From positions 8,680,001-8,744,000 of the forward strand of contig NC_047083.1 in the NCBI RefSeq assembly GCF_902459465.1: a stretch of DNA of 64,000 bases, read 5' to 3'. This DNA is from Asterias rubens (Eukaryota). The notes below the pieces were generated by a model, which was not told the DNA's origin, did not search any database, and saw only the letters and a list, made by a program, of their open reading frames with translations. The position numbers and the translations under genes were made by a program. Positions 25,615 through 38,445 of the stretch are shown here, in pieces; the first letter of the stretch is position 1, and every line of letters begins with the position of its first letter.

Positions 25615-28600
25615 ATGGAGGCGCTTATCGTTTCAATGATTCCTGCATTCGATGCTAGAAATGAAGCTGACATTTGCAATAAACTGCAAGAATTTAACAA
25701 AGAGGTAAGTCCAGGTTGGGGATTTCAAAACTTTATTGATCAGACTCAACTTCTGGGGCAAATTTCATGGCACTGATACCAAAGAATAATGCACTACAAA
25801 ACCCAGTTACAGGCCTGAAATTTCACCTCTGAAGATGTTGAAAGGGCAAGGCCACTTTCTTTTTGCAAAGGGCATTTCCATTGGAAAATCTTAAAGTCAA
25901 TGGGAAACTCTTTAAGAGCACCACGGCTAAGACCAGGGGCAAATGAGGCCCAGGCTTCCGTGACCAGGGGCAAATGAGGCCCAGGCTTCCGTGACCAGGG
26001 GCAAATGAGGCCAAGGCTTCCGTGACCAAGGGCAAATGAGGCCAAGGCTTCCGTGACCAGGGGCAAATGAGGCCCAGGCTTCCGTGACCAGGGGCAAATG
26101 AGGCCCAGGCTTCCGTGACCAGGGGCAAATGAGGCCAAGGCTTCCGTGACCAAGGGCAAATGAGGCCAAGGCTTCCGTGACCAGGGGCAAATGAGGCCCA
26201 GGCTTCCGTGGCCTGCGTGTAACTTCTACTGTTTGACATTCAACATTATCCACAGTTGTGGTTACATGAATGACAGATGCAAGTATTCCATCCTGCATTA
26301 TGATATCATGTGGTGCATGCATTACATGTGATTAGTTATTTACATGTGATTAGTTATTTAACCTTCCTACGGACCATTCAATATAATTCACTGTGGTTTT
26401 ATGGTGTGATAATTAAATCTGCTTTGTCATTTTCAGAACGCTCAGACTTTTACTTTTCCGGAACTTGGAAGTGAAACTAAAAAGGTAAAGCACATATTTC
26501 AGTAATTTGAGCAACATCCGAGTTTGCCCTACCTTTTCAGTAACTGGTTAAGAGAACTGAATTCAAGTTTTACGGTTGCCCAAGTTGTATACTCCCCAGG
26601 GAGCTGAGAAAGAGTAAAAAAGGAATGTTATTTGCCCAATGATCAGCCGTCCATTAAACCAAACTCTTCTGAACTTACAGGATTGATCGTAGGATTTAGG
26701 GTGAGTTATGTTTCGCAACCATAGACGTAAGGAGGTTAGGACGATTTACGCCTAGTGTTTTGTGGATCCTGAGAAAAATCTAATGAAATAATGATAATAG
26801 TAATCATATTAACTAGTTTTTATACATGTATAGCGCATTTCACAATACTGTCTTAATGCGTTTTAAATTTAGTGCTGCAGGGCACTAAATTTAAAGCGTA
26901 TTAAGATGTTATTATTTTATCAGGTTTTTCTCAGGATCCTTGCTGTTCCCAAAAGTGCAGCCTTCTGCAAAAGACTTCAATCAATCAATAAAACATTTAT
27001 TTCCACATTCACATCACATGGAGGCATCATCCTAAAAGTCGAGGCTTGTGGCGGATGTGCCTGTTACAAGATTACAGAACAAAACAGGAAAACAGCACTA
27101 AATAGACTTATCCTCACATCTGTCTCTATTTCGTCTAGATGTTTCCTTAGTGCTTATCCAGTAATTTATTTTTACTTTCCTGTCTAGAAATTCATTGGAG
27201 ACGTCCTGCAATCTCTGGAGGCTGCCTACAACACAGAATGTTACTGTCTCTGCCTAGAAGCCTTAAGGATCATGAGTAGAGAGAAGCACCATTTATATCA
27301 GCTAGCTCAGAAAGAAGGCATACTCCTCTTACTCAAGCTGGCTGGGCTGGAGGAAAAACCCAACGCCAATCAGAATGATCAAGGTAGAAACACACGCATT
27401 ATCCCCTATCTTATTAATGAGCAGGGGATGGACAAAATAAAAAAGAACGTTTGAAAGCACACAATTTGGTGCATGCAACAGGGGTGTTTTTTCCTTCATT
27501 ATTCTCTTGCAACTACGATGACCAATTGAGTCCAAATTTTCACAGATTTTTTAATTTTATGCATGGGATACGCTAAGGAAGTGAGACTTGGTCTTTGACA
27601 ATTACCGAACGTGTCCAGTGCCATAACTAATTTGCGTGCTTTTATATCTAATAAAATACGTTAAGCCTTTTATTATGCATCTGAAAGCACACAAAGTATG
27701 ACAACAACAAGGGTGTTTTTTTTCCTTCACTATTATTTGCATTTTCGAACGACTAATTGAACCCAAATCTTCTTAGGTGTGTTATTTTATGCATTACGTT
27801 GGCATACACCAACTACCAAACGTGTCCAGTGCCTTTAAACCTTTTGCAAAATCATATGCTGAACCCGATTGCACAAATTATTTGTTAACACTGTTTCCTA
27901 TTCAATGTTGACAGTTATCGTAGAAGCGGAGAAGTGCCTGTGCAATTTAGTGTTCAACAGTACGACGGTCCAACAAATATGTGTGTAAGTAACTGAAATC
28001 TTTCTAGCCTTTTTCACTCCACTTCACGAGAAAAGCCTCTTTGCCAATTTTCCTTTTTCACACTATACAAAGAGTTAAAGGGACTCATTGTTGGTTAAGG
28101 GGTGGAGGGGTCGATTTTCCCAAACAGTTCGGATTTGAACAAAGAAAAATTCACTGGAGCGGGACTTGAATAAACGACCTCTGGGTTAACCTACCGGCGC
28201 TCTACCAATGCTATCCAGCCCTATGTTGGCAGTCTCCCTGTTTGTCAATATCTTTGTTAGGGGTTGCCAGTTTGAAGCCATACAACTGCTAGCTTCTATC
28301 TGGCTGGGGATCACACCCAAGTTTACGATACAACCTAGGAAGTGGCAGCCAGGGGATCACCTAATAGACCGTATTGAATAACCCCTTTTTGCTACAAAAA
28401 GTTGCCATCCGAAGGACGAAGCAATGGTTAAGTGTCTTGCTTAAGGACACAAGTGTCACGGCTGGGGATTCAAACCCACACTCTGCTGATCAGGAAACAC
28501 CAGAGTTTGAATTCGGTGCTCTAAACCGCTCGGCCACAACACTTCCATACACTTATATAAAGGACGATGTTTTATTTTTTCGATACAGAGAATGTGACTG

Positions 28601-30368
28601 CGTTCGTTTTGTCATGGACAGGGTAAAGTTATACGTCACTAGAGATCCACAAATACCTATGGAAATAAAGGTAAATAACATAGTCCTTTTTGTAAGCATT
28701 TCATTTTTTTTTTCATGGCAGGTTAGTAATTTCTGAACGAGTAAAAAGGCTTTGTCGAACACAATATCCACCTCTACCGTAGCAGATACCAATTTTATCA
28801 TCATCATTTAGCGGTCACAACCGAGATTCCATTCACAACGTCACACCGGAGGTGTTTATCCACCATCATGTTTGGAAGGTCCACGATTTCAGACTCCGTA
28901 TCTCTACCGATTTTATACCCCTGGGTAAAGAGAAGCAGTTATAATACAGCATCTCAAACATGCTAGAGGCAAATGTGACAGACTCTGATCAAATGACCTT
29001 GCTTCCTCCGTTTCTTTTCCCAGTTCTTTGATATGAGATTACTGTTTTTGATGACGGCACTCTGTCCGAGCACAAGGTAGGTTCCATTGTATCAGGGCCC
29101 ATCATCATAGCTCTGCTTAACCCCCGAATTCTGCGCTTATGATCACCTTTCTCCACTGTGCAAGCGCCAAATTTCTGCGCAACCTGTTCAAGTGAAAAAT
29201 GCCATATAACATGGAGTACTTACCCGCACAAGCAAATATTCCCTGCTAACATGTGAAATTACTAACTTCAAAGTTATGTGGTTAATCATGTAAAAAGAAG
29301 TATGTTTATATGCCCCAATATTTGAATCTGAGAAGTGTTCCTTCAGTATCGCTTCTAAGATTGTGTCGTCCTATTGGAGATTATTCTTCCTGCATGGATA
29401 TATTTTGCTGCGGATTTTCTGCAATATCTAAAAAATGCAACCTGAACCACCTTTTGAATTGAGATTTTCACTGGTTAATTTTATTGTATAGGCCTACATC
29501 TACATTTAAAGATTGTAAGCACTCTGCCAAAATCTGCCATTTAATAATAGCATTATTACCCCTGATCACTGGGCCTTTTCTTCCCTTAAACCATCTCAGC
29601 TCCCTGGGGAGTATACAGCCTGTGCCGCCAAGTATGTAGCACACTAAGCTTACCAACCACAAGAACCATGTCTGCCGTCACAGGTACCCATTTACCCCTG
29701 GGTAGAGAGAAGCTTTTGGTTAAGTATCTTGCTTAAGGACACAAGTGTCACGACCGGGATTCGAACCAACACTCTGCTAAACAGAATCTGCAGAGCTTGA
29801 GGTCGGTGCTCTTTTCCACTCGGCCACAACATCCCATCTAATCTATCTTTTTCTGCCTTCTAATAGGTCACAGGTTAGAAATGATCACAACGGCATTGAG
29901 CTGCTTACGGGAATCCTTGAGCGCGACGTCCTTGCCAACGCCACGCCCGTACAGCACCCACCAACGGAACCCTCTACGAACGGGACAACAGACCTAGGAG
30001 CCACAGGGGGAGCAACGGGCGGAGAAGAAACAGCAGTGGAGGGGTTGATAGCGGCGATGAATGCCGTGTCAACGGCCGACACAATCAAGATCACGGAAGA
30101 AGAGGCCAATCTTGCGTGCGAGGTGTACAAAGCGTTATTCAATACGGTCATACACAGTAAACTCAAGGATATCGAACAGGTGAGGTTTTATGGTTAACCA
30201 GGGCCCAGTTTCATGGAGCTGCTTAGAGGAGTTGGGTACTTTTTTTAACATGAAACATAATGTCCACAGATTTACATTAAACTTACTGATTTTGAAGATA
30301 ATGATGGTAGAAAGCTTCACTTAATGACAATAATAAGGTTAAAATCAGGGCTACTTAAACTTTCTGGG

Positions 30369-30402
<34 letters not shown>

Positions 30403-33400
30403 GCTCTTGTAATGCGCACCCTGCTGGGTGTTCAAGGCGCAGTAAAATCAAAAACAAAACGAAGAAAAACAGAAACAACAAAATTAGTCCTTGAAAACCT
30501 GTGACATGAGATAAGTTTTGAAAAGAGATTTGAATTTTGTGGTACAAAGACAAGATCGAAGATTAAGTGTAGAGAGTTCAATGAGGAGAAGCATGGAACT
30601 TGATTGAAAATTCCATGATGGAGTGTAAACTTGAAGCAGTTCAGAAATATAGTGGGGAGCCTTGCCATTAAGAGCTTTGTGGACAATGAGCAGAATTTAT
30701 TAGTCCGGTTGGCGACTTAAAAAAAAGCTTAAGAGCAAGGCCTGGTAACCAATGCTGTATTTTTATTGTGTGTTACAAAGGAAGAAGAATCTGGAGTGTT
30801 AAAGCGTCTGGGTCAAGCTTGCTACAAGATGCTACTGACGGAAACAACATCTCTAGCTAAGACAGAGGAATGCCACAGGTAAGCTGAAGACATTTCCCTA
30901 AAAACAACTCTTACTTATGAGACCCCACATCCTATCATGTTTTCTTCAAGCTCTTTTTTTTACTTTGACACTGTTGTGGCATTTACTATTTGTTGTGGGA
31001 GACTGTTCCAACCGTTTATGCTTCGCTGGAAAAAGAAGTTTCATCTACTCCCAACGTTCTTGTTAAGAGTGGGTTTATACAGCTTAAAGGAATGTCCCCT
31101 CGTACTGGTATTTCTGTCCATCTTGAAGAATATTTATGCTATTGACTTTTTCTCGCCCCTTGACCAGTTTAAAGGCAGTGGACACTATTGGTAATTGTCA
31201 AAGACTAGCCTTCACAGTTGGTGTATCTCAACATATGCATAAAATAACAAACCTGTGAAAATTTGATCTCAATCGGTCGTCAAAGTTGCGAGATAATAAT
31301 GAAAGAAAAAACACCCTTGTCACACGAATTTGTGTGCGTTCAGATGCTTGATTTCGAGACCTCAAATTCTAAATCTGAGGTCTCGAAATCAAGTTTGTGG
31401 AAAAATACTTCTTTCTCGAAAACTACTCCACCTCAGAGGGAGCCGTTTCTTACAATGTTTTATACTATCAACCTCTCCCCATTACTCGTTACCAAGAAAG
31501 GTTTTACGCTAATAATTATTTTGAGTAATTACCAATAGTGTCCACTGCCTTTAAAGGAATGTCCCCTCGTACTGGTATTCCTGTCCATCTTGAAGAATAT
31601 TTATGCTAATGACTTTTTCTTGCCCTTGACCAGTTTAAAGGTTTCAATCAGGGCACCTCTTAGTCGTCTTTGTGCTATTGTGTATAAGTTCAGTGCTTGA
31701 AGTCTTTCTGTGTAGGGGAGGCTTTTTAACTGTGGCACCAACTTGGAAGCTCTTCTCTGTACTTTTTCAAAATGAGAATGGCCCGAAATTGGACTGTTGT
31801 AAGCTTGTTTGTTACCCATGCTTTATCCTTCACTTTATTATTGGTTGTTTCCCCCTCCAGCCAGACTATTAATCTCTTGACCTGTGCCCTCCCGTTGTCC
31901 TGCGTCGAAGAGCTGACCCCTGAACCCGGCTTTGGAAGCATTGCCAGGGCCGGGTTAGTGTACCGTGGGCGCAACATGGAAGCAGTCTCAAGCATCATGA
32001 GGTTCTTAGAGATGCGAGTTGACAGGGTGAGTTTCCTTTTTGTCAGACAAATTTTGCCATCTGAGGTCTCGGTTTCTCAAAACCCTAAAGTTTATTTTAT
32101 GATGAGTTTTAATGAATAAATGCCCTGCAGCTGATTTCGCGAAACGCTAACTTGATTAAGGGTGAGTAACTCATCCTAACTTAGGATGGGTTTAATGCGT
32201 CCTATTGTCTTTGGATACGGAACTTAACTCGTACTAAGTCCTAAGATTAATCCTTAGTTAGGAAGAGTTTGTACCTTTGGATGGAATGGTTCCTCTAGGT
32301 TCCGCGTGTTGTAAGGAACCCAAAACACTTATCGTTAAAGGAACATTACGGAATTGGTTTTTGCTAACAAAACAGTTGCTGGAAGTGTAAGCACTTTATG
32401 TAATCCATCATAGACATAAACTGATAAACCTGTAGAAGTTTGAGATCGATCGGCCATCTGGGTCACGAGAGAATAGTGAAAAAAACGATTACAAATTTTG
32501 CATTGCATCGATGCCAAAATAAAAATGAATAAAACGTTCACTGAGCGATAAAATCCAAAAAGTGAAAGTTAGATTAGTTATTTCTCATCAAATATGACAT
32601 TTAAGACAGAAATATTTCAAGGGATGTTTTCAACTATCATCATCATTAGACCGTGTAAGTTTTATGTAAATGTGTGATCTTCACAATTTTTGTTTCTTAC
32701 CAATTCTGTAACGTTCCTTTAAAGGCAGTGGACACTATTGGTAATTACTCAAAATAATTGTTAGCATAAAACCTTACTTGGTAATGAGTAATGGGGAGCT
32801 GTTGATAGTATAAAACAGTGTGAGAAACGGCTCCCTCTAAAGTAACGTAGTTTTTGAGAAAGAATAAATTTTTCATGAATTTGATTTTGAGAACTCAGAA
32901 TTAGATTTTGAGGTCTCAAAATCAAGATCTGAAAGCACACAACTTCGTGTGATTGAGCTCAAATTTTCACAGGTGTGTTATTATATGCATATGTTGAGAT
33001 ACACCAAGTGAGAAGACTGGTCTTTGACAATTACCAATAGTGTCCAGTGTCTTTAATAGAAGGTATGACCACATCCCATTTTAAACCAATACAAGGTGCT
33101 TAATAAATAGTACTCATTTATCTTAACATAGCTCTGCATACCTGCAATGTGCATGTCACTAAAATGACAAGCACATTCATTATTTATTTTTTTTTTTTTC
33201 AGGCTGCAGCCGCTAAGAAGTTACGTGTCGTCGAGCAGCTTAACCCTGTTTTGAGCGCTCTCTGTGTCTTGTGCAGGCGAAGCACGCACATACGCAGATT
33301 GTTAAAAGACACGGTAAGTATTAATCTAACGCCAAATTTCGCATTTCTCATTACGTGAAACTCCCTTTAGCCAAAACCTCTGTATTCTACACACCGGTTT

Positions 33401-36154
33401 CGTCCTATATAGAAGCCACTATATTTATTACTTATGTAATAGCAGTTTTAAATTCTTTATGTAACAGGTCCTGCCGCCTCTTAAGAAAGACGAAGCCTGC
33501 CACTTGCCAGAGGAAGGATGCAGAATCCGTAATAAGTTGGTTCGACTCATGACCAACCACTCCACCGATATAAAAGAAGTTGTCGCAGATTTCCTCTTCA
33601 TACTGTGCAAAGAGTCAGGTAAAAACAATTATTGTTTATCTGGCTGCGATTGACGACTTTTTGTAACTACCATTTAAATTTGGTAAACTTTCAATTGGTG
33701 CCACACAGCATTATTATCCCTTTGAGTCATCAGGCTTTATTTAGACCATTCCCTGACCTTTCTCAACCCCTGGCTTCTTAAATTAGCAAAAGGATCAATC
33801 CAACACAATAGTCAGTGTATCAGCCCTCTTTAGGTTCTTGTTTTGCACCTGGGTTAAGAGAAGCAATTATGGTTAAGTGCCTTGCTGAAGGACACAAGTG
33901 CACGACCAGGATTTGAACCCACACTCGAGTATTCAACTCGTCTATAAGTTGAGTCCAATGAACTAGACCACTCGGCCTTGAAACTGCGATCAGTGCAATG
34001 CACAATTACGGCATGTTCACATTTTATGATGATGTAAATGAACAAGTAGCCCTGCTATCGTAACCATTGTTGCGAGAAGAGTAAAACTCCAGAAGATGGT
34101 CAGAGCCACTGATCCAAACGTCAAGCAGAAAAAAACAGCTCTTCCCAGTAGCCACTTCTAACCACAAAACAGATTTTTACATGATGTCACTGGAATCCTT
34201 TCTGACTTAAGTAAGAATGACTGGACAATCTCCTTTGTTCAATTGCAGTGACGAAGCTCATCAAGTACACGGGTTATGGTAACGCGGCAGGGATGTTGGC
34301 AAGGCGTGGTCTGCTGGCTGGTGGTCATGGCAACACGGACTACAGCCCCGATGAAGAGGATAGCGATACAGAAGAATATAAGGACGTCAGAAATGAGTAA
34401 GTGTCAACCACAAAGTCACCTGGGGTGGATTTCACAAAGAGTTAGGACAAGTCTTATCTCGACTTAGGACGAGTTACTCGTCCTAACTTACATATGTAGG
34501 ACTAGCCATACCTTTTTGATATCTCCTAGGACTAGTCCTAAGTTAGGACTAGTCCTAACTCTTTGTGAAATCGACCCCTGGGCCCAATTTCAAAAAGTTG
34601 CTTAAACACAAACAGTATCTAAGCACAATAAAATCATGCTTACCAGAATAAGGTTAACAGCCAAACTACCATGTCACAAGTACAATTTGTGACTGGTATC
34701 CTGCTAAGTTTTGCTTAGTAGAAGATTGTTAAGCAATATTTTCTGCTTAAGCAGCTGAATGAAATTGGGCCCAGGAAACCATGATCAAAAAGAAACAGAT
34801 TTTTTTTTTTTTTTTTTTATTATTTACCAAGTCTGTTTCCATTGTGGTTTATTACTTGATATTTGAAATAAGAAGTTGCCTTTTGGTCCAGTGAACTAGA
34901 CCGTTCGGACATGACACGCCACAGTATGGCTATACTGCAGATACAGGTGGTACCCTCGACATAGATATTGACAGAATAGGAAGATGGCCAACATTGATTA
35001 TTGGAGTGTGTACCAATCCATGACCCTACCTTTAAACTTTAATTTGTTTGTATGAAGGGTGAATCCAGTCACTGGCCGTGTCGAGTCTGAACGACCCAAC
35101 CCAATGGAAGGGATGACGGATGAGCAGAAGGAGGTAGCCGCTGTGGAGCTTGCTAATATGATCCACAGAATTACAAGGTAATATAATACATACATAACAT
35201 CTAATAGTCTGGGACCCAGACCAGGAGGTCATAGGTCATACCTTGCTATTAAAGGATCCATAGAATCACAAGGTAAAATAATACGTACATAACATCTAGA
35301 AGTCTGGGACCCAGACCAGAAGGTCATAGGTCATAGCTTGATAATATGATCCACATAATTACAAGGTAACATAATATGTACATGACATCTAGTAGTTTGG
35401 GACCCAGACCTGCAGGTCATAGGTCATATCTTGGTAATATGATCCACAGATTAAGAAGGTAACATACATAACCTCTAGTAGTCTGGGAACCAGACTAGAA
35501 GGTCAAAGGTCGTATCTTGCTATTATGATCCACAGAATCACAAGGTAATATCTAGTACCAGTCATTTGCCAGTAGGCCATAATTTGAATCTGAATTCGCT
35601 GCTGCAGCTACGGCCCTGACTGTTGATGAATAAAAGTCTTGCTGCAGCCATAGCCTTGAATTCGGACAGGGCCATACTCTGATTTCCAAGGCCCAAGTGT
35701 GAGACTGAATACTAGGGCCATTCACAAACCCTGATGCGGGCTGCGTTTGCAGTGGAAAAGCATCGAGTATAAACGGGCTTCAGACCAATACACTTTTTGA
35801 GCAGAATGTAATTAGTGTGGTGGTGGTGGTTCGAACATCGAAACAGAGTCCAAGCCGAGGTTAAGAGACCCAAAAGATTTTCAGGACCACTGACTAGTCT
35901 GTTGAATCTCCTAGTTTAGGAGTGAACATAACTAAAATGAAACATGTACATTGATTTTTATTCTAAATAACAATCCTCATAATCCAAACTCATATTTTTG
36001 ACTTTTCTTTCTCTCCCGGAGCAGAGAAGGCGTGATTCAACCAATGTCAGTGTCCGATGACGGCAAACTCATTCCGATGATGGACATCGTTCAGAAGGCA
36101 GCGATGCAACCCTTGAGAGAAGAAGCTTCAGATGATGATGACGCTATTGCTTAA
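25615..36154 (+). CDS. RIC8: Ric-8/synembryn G-alpha chaperone and GEF, ~591 aa, 14 coding exons
   Basis: Exons 25615-25704, 26437-26484, 27188-27383, 27915-27984, 28589-28670, 29024-29076, 29867-30179, 30781-30878, 31861-32026, 33203-33313, 33468-33618, 34249-34396, 35058-35177, 36025-36154; phases match. Motifs [34 protein letters not shown]...[49 protein letters not shown]...[12 protein letters not shown]. Confidence 0.95.
25933..26210. repeat. 31-bp minisatellite x~9
   Basis: Unit CCAGGGGCAAATGAGGCCCAGGCTTCCGTGA. Confidence 0.9.
27450..27838. mobile_element. Two tandem half-copies of the dominant TTAA MITE
   Basis: Same half repeated at ~27450-27625 and ~27670-27838 (ends GTGTCCAGTGCCTTTAA). 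Confidence 0.6.
28395..28540 (-). mobile_element. tRNA-derived SINE (copies ~18215-18410, 29565-29830, 33825-33980, 52245-52460, 52735-52815, 62535-62625)
   Basis: Minus strand GTGGCCGAGCGG (A box)...GGTTTGAATCC (B box) followed by a shared body GTGACACTTGTGTCCTTAAGCAAGACACTTAACCATTGCTTC. Confidence 0.7.
30371..30401. repeat. (TAA)n microsatellite
   Basis: About 10 units. Confidence 0.9.
30925..31790 (-). mobile_element. CR1/L2-type LINE 3' fragment (interrupted by a MITE)
   Basis: Minus-strand translation [50 protein letters not shown]...TRGHSFKL...[15 protein letters not shown] matches the characteristic CR1 ORF2 C-terminus; contains stops. Confidence 0.8.
31169..31554. mobile_element. 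Dominant TTAA MITE inserted in a CR1 fragment
   Basis: Both TIRs and TTAA flanks. Confidence 0.85.
32335..32722. mobile_element. Second TTAA-flanked MITE family
   Basis: TTAA|AGGAACATTACGGAATTGGT...ACCAATTCTGTAACGTTCCT|TTAA; a related fragment lies near 48205-48370. Confidence 0.75.
32719..33056. mobile_element. Dominant TTAA MITE, full length
   Basis: Both TIRs; shares its left TTAA with the adjacent element. Confidence 0.8.
34422..34578. mobile_element. GGGGTGGATTTCACAAAGAGTTAGGAC foldback MITE (copy 51565-51713; relatives ~32130-32270, 43822-43967, 58530-58697)
   Basis: Near-perfect inverted termini and internal TAGGACTAGTCCTA palindromes. Confidence 0.75.
35150..35550. repeat. ~93-bp tandem repeat x~4.5 spanning a RIC8 exon end and splice donor
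   Basis: GATCCACAGAATTACAAGGTAA-like cores at 35160, 35255, 35348, 35441, 35527. Confidence 0.85.
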
Positions 36155-36417
36155 AGGAGCACTCCGAAAGGATTAATAAATAATGCAGTCGACTCTTGTT
36201 ATATCAATATCGCTGGGACTGGCCAAATTAATACCTCTTTATAACAGGAATGTTGTTATAAGAGGATAGTAAAACAAAGAAACACAATGTACCCTTTACA
36301 AGCAGAATCTCTTGATAACAGTGCTCTGTTTTACTAGGGTTGACTGCCCTTAGACCCTTGGTATAACAAGGTCACTGGGACTGGTCAATTAGTTACCTCT
36401 TTATAACAGGAATGTTG

Positions 36418-36612
36418 TTAAAGACACTGGACACCTTTGGTAATTGTCAAAGACCAGTCTTCTCACTTGGTGTATCCGAACATATGCATAAAATAACAAA
36501 CCTGTGAAAATTTTAACTCAAATTGGTCGTCGAAGTTGCAAGAGAATAGTGGAAAAAAAATATCCTTGTCGCACAAGTTGTGTGCTTTCAGACGCTTGAA
36601 TTTCAAGACCTC
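36418..36612. mobile_element. Dominant TTAA MITE, half copy
   Basis: TTAAAGACACTGGACACCTTTGGTAATTG start. Confidence 0.7.
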
Positions 36613-37199
36613 AGCTATGGCCAGAAATGTGGTTGGTACCCGGCGGGTACCAACCACTACCCGCTAAATGCTAATAAAAACCCTACTGGAGCATTTCAAG
36701 GGCACCAAGGCAATGACCAGGGGCATGGAGGCAACCGCGTCTGTTGCCTGTGTGAGGTTTCGCCATGGAGTACCCCGTCATGTGTTTTTGTGATCATGAA
36801 AATTAACACTGAGTGCTAGGGAAACAACTTTCTTGCCCACTTTTCAAACAGAAAGCATTCAGATACATGTAAGATATTATTCAGTTACATTATTTTTATT
36901 GATTGCAATCAATTGTACATGTAAAAGCACTTGTTGAATGCTTGGGAAATGCATAACCAAAATCATGTACACATCACACATGCTATAATCAGTACAGTTT
37001 GTAAAGTTTATGCAATATTTTTTGCACTTGAGAAAAAAAGATAATTCATTGTACTACATGTAAGTGATGTTTGAAGCTTTGTAGTTCATCGTTTATTTTT
37101 TAATTATCAGCTATGTCTTTTATAAGACGTTCAACTCATTACCGTTCCTACTGTCTATTCCATTCAATACCATCGATTATTTGTGAAAGATATTTTGCA

Positions 37200-38240
37200 A
37201 GTCATGACATGTCTTGGATGCATCTGGACAGTACATAGTCAACCCTCCTACTGTCTGACCATTCACTACAATACACTGGTTTTGAATGGTATTTTGCAAC
37301 ATGTCATGTGTTTTATGCATCTACACAGTACACAGTTAACCATCCTACCGTCTGACCAAATATGAGCATCCTCTGGTTTATTAGAGATAAACTATGCTAG
37401 CCTGCAATGTAATGTCATGTGGTGAATGCATACGCAGTGCACAGTTAACCCTCCTACTGTCTGACCAATCAATATTATTGATGCACTACACTGTATACCA
37501 GTCTGCATTATGATATCATGAGGCAAATGCATCTACACAGTACACAGTTAACCCTCTTATTGTCTGACCAATCAATATTATTGATGCACTACACTGTATA
37601 CCAGCCTGCAGTATGATATCATGAGGCAAATGCATCTACACATTACACAGTTAACCCTCCTACTGTCTGACCAATCAATATTAGTGATGCACTACACTGT
37701 ATACCAGCCTACAGTATGATATCGTGAGGCAAATGCATCTACACAGTACACAGTTAACCCTCCTACTGTCTGACCAATCAATATTATTGATGCACTACAC
37801 TGTGTACCAGCCTGCAGTATGATATCGTGAGGCAAATGCATCTACACAGTAAACAGTTAACCCTCCTACTGTCTGACAAATCAATGTTATTGATGCACTA
37901 CACTGTAAACCAGCCTGCAGTATGATATCATGAGGCAAATGCATCTACACAGTACACAGTTAACCCTCCTACTGTATGGTTCCTCTATCAATGCACGATG
38001 CCATCCTGCAATACAATATAATGTGGTGAATGCATCCACACAGTAAACAGTCAACCCTCCTACTGTCTGACCATTCAATATCACTCACTGTGTTTTAATG
38101 ATAGAAAAACTATACTATCTTACAATGTGATATCACGTTGTGAATGTCAACAAATTACACAGTCAACCCTCCTATTGTCTGACCATTCAATATCACCCAC
38201 TGTAGTAGGTTGACTGCTAGATGCACAATGCAGCCTGCAA
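37200..38240. repeat. 103-bp tandem repeat (5 near-identical units plus degenerate flanks)
   Basis: GCAAATGCATCTACAC cores at 37523, 37626, 37729, 37832, 37935. Confidence 0.9.
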
Positions 38241-38242
38241 TA

Positions 38243-38445
38243 TATGGGTGCGTTCGTTTTTCTTCCCTGGGTCTGGCCCAGGTACGTTCTAATAGCTTTG
38301 ACGTCATTCCAGGGGCTCACCTGAGTCAGCCAACAGTGCCCTGCTTGTGGAGTGGGCTGAGGGCGAGTGTGAATGTCTCTTGTCAGGGACTCACCCGTGT
38401 GAGCGCCGTGGGGTCGACCCAGGGGAGCTAATCGGACGCACCCAG
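38243..38445. mobile_element. GGGTGCGTTCG foldback element (relatives 60480-60660)
   Basis: Termini TGGGTGCGTTCG...CCCTGGGTC / GACCCAGGGGAGCTAATCGGACGCACCCA. Confidence 0.65.

Noticed and set aside
25794-26322. Repetitive minus-strand ORFs ([13 protein letters not shown])
   Set aside because: Products of the 31-bp minisatellite.
35150-38240. 93-bp and 103-bp arrays as CRISPR-like
   Set aside because: No unique spacers, no cas genes, eukaryotic context.
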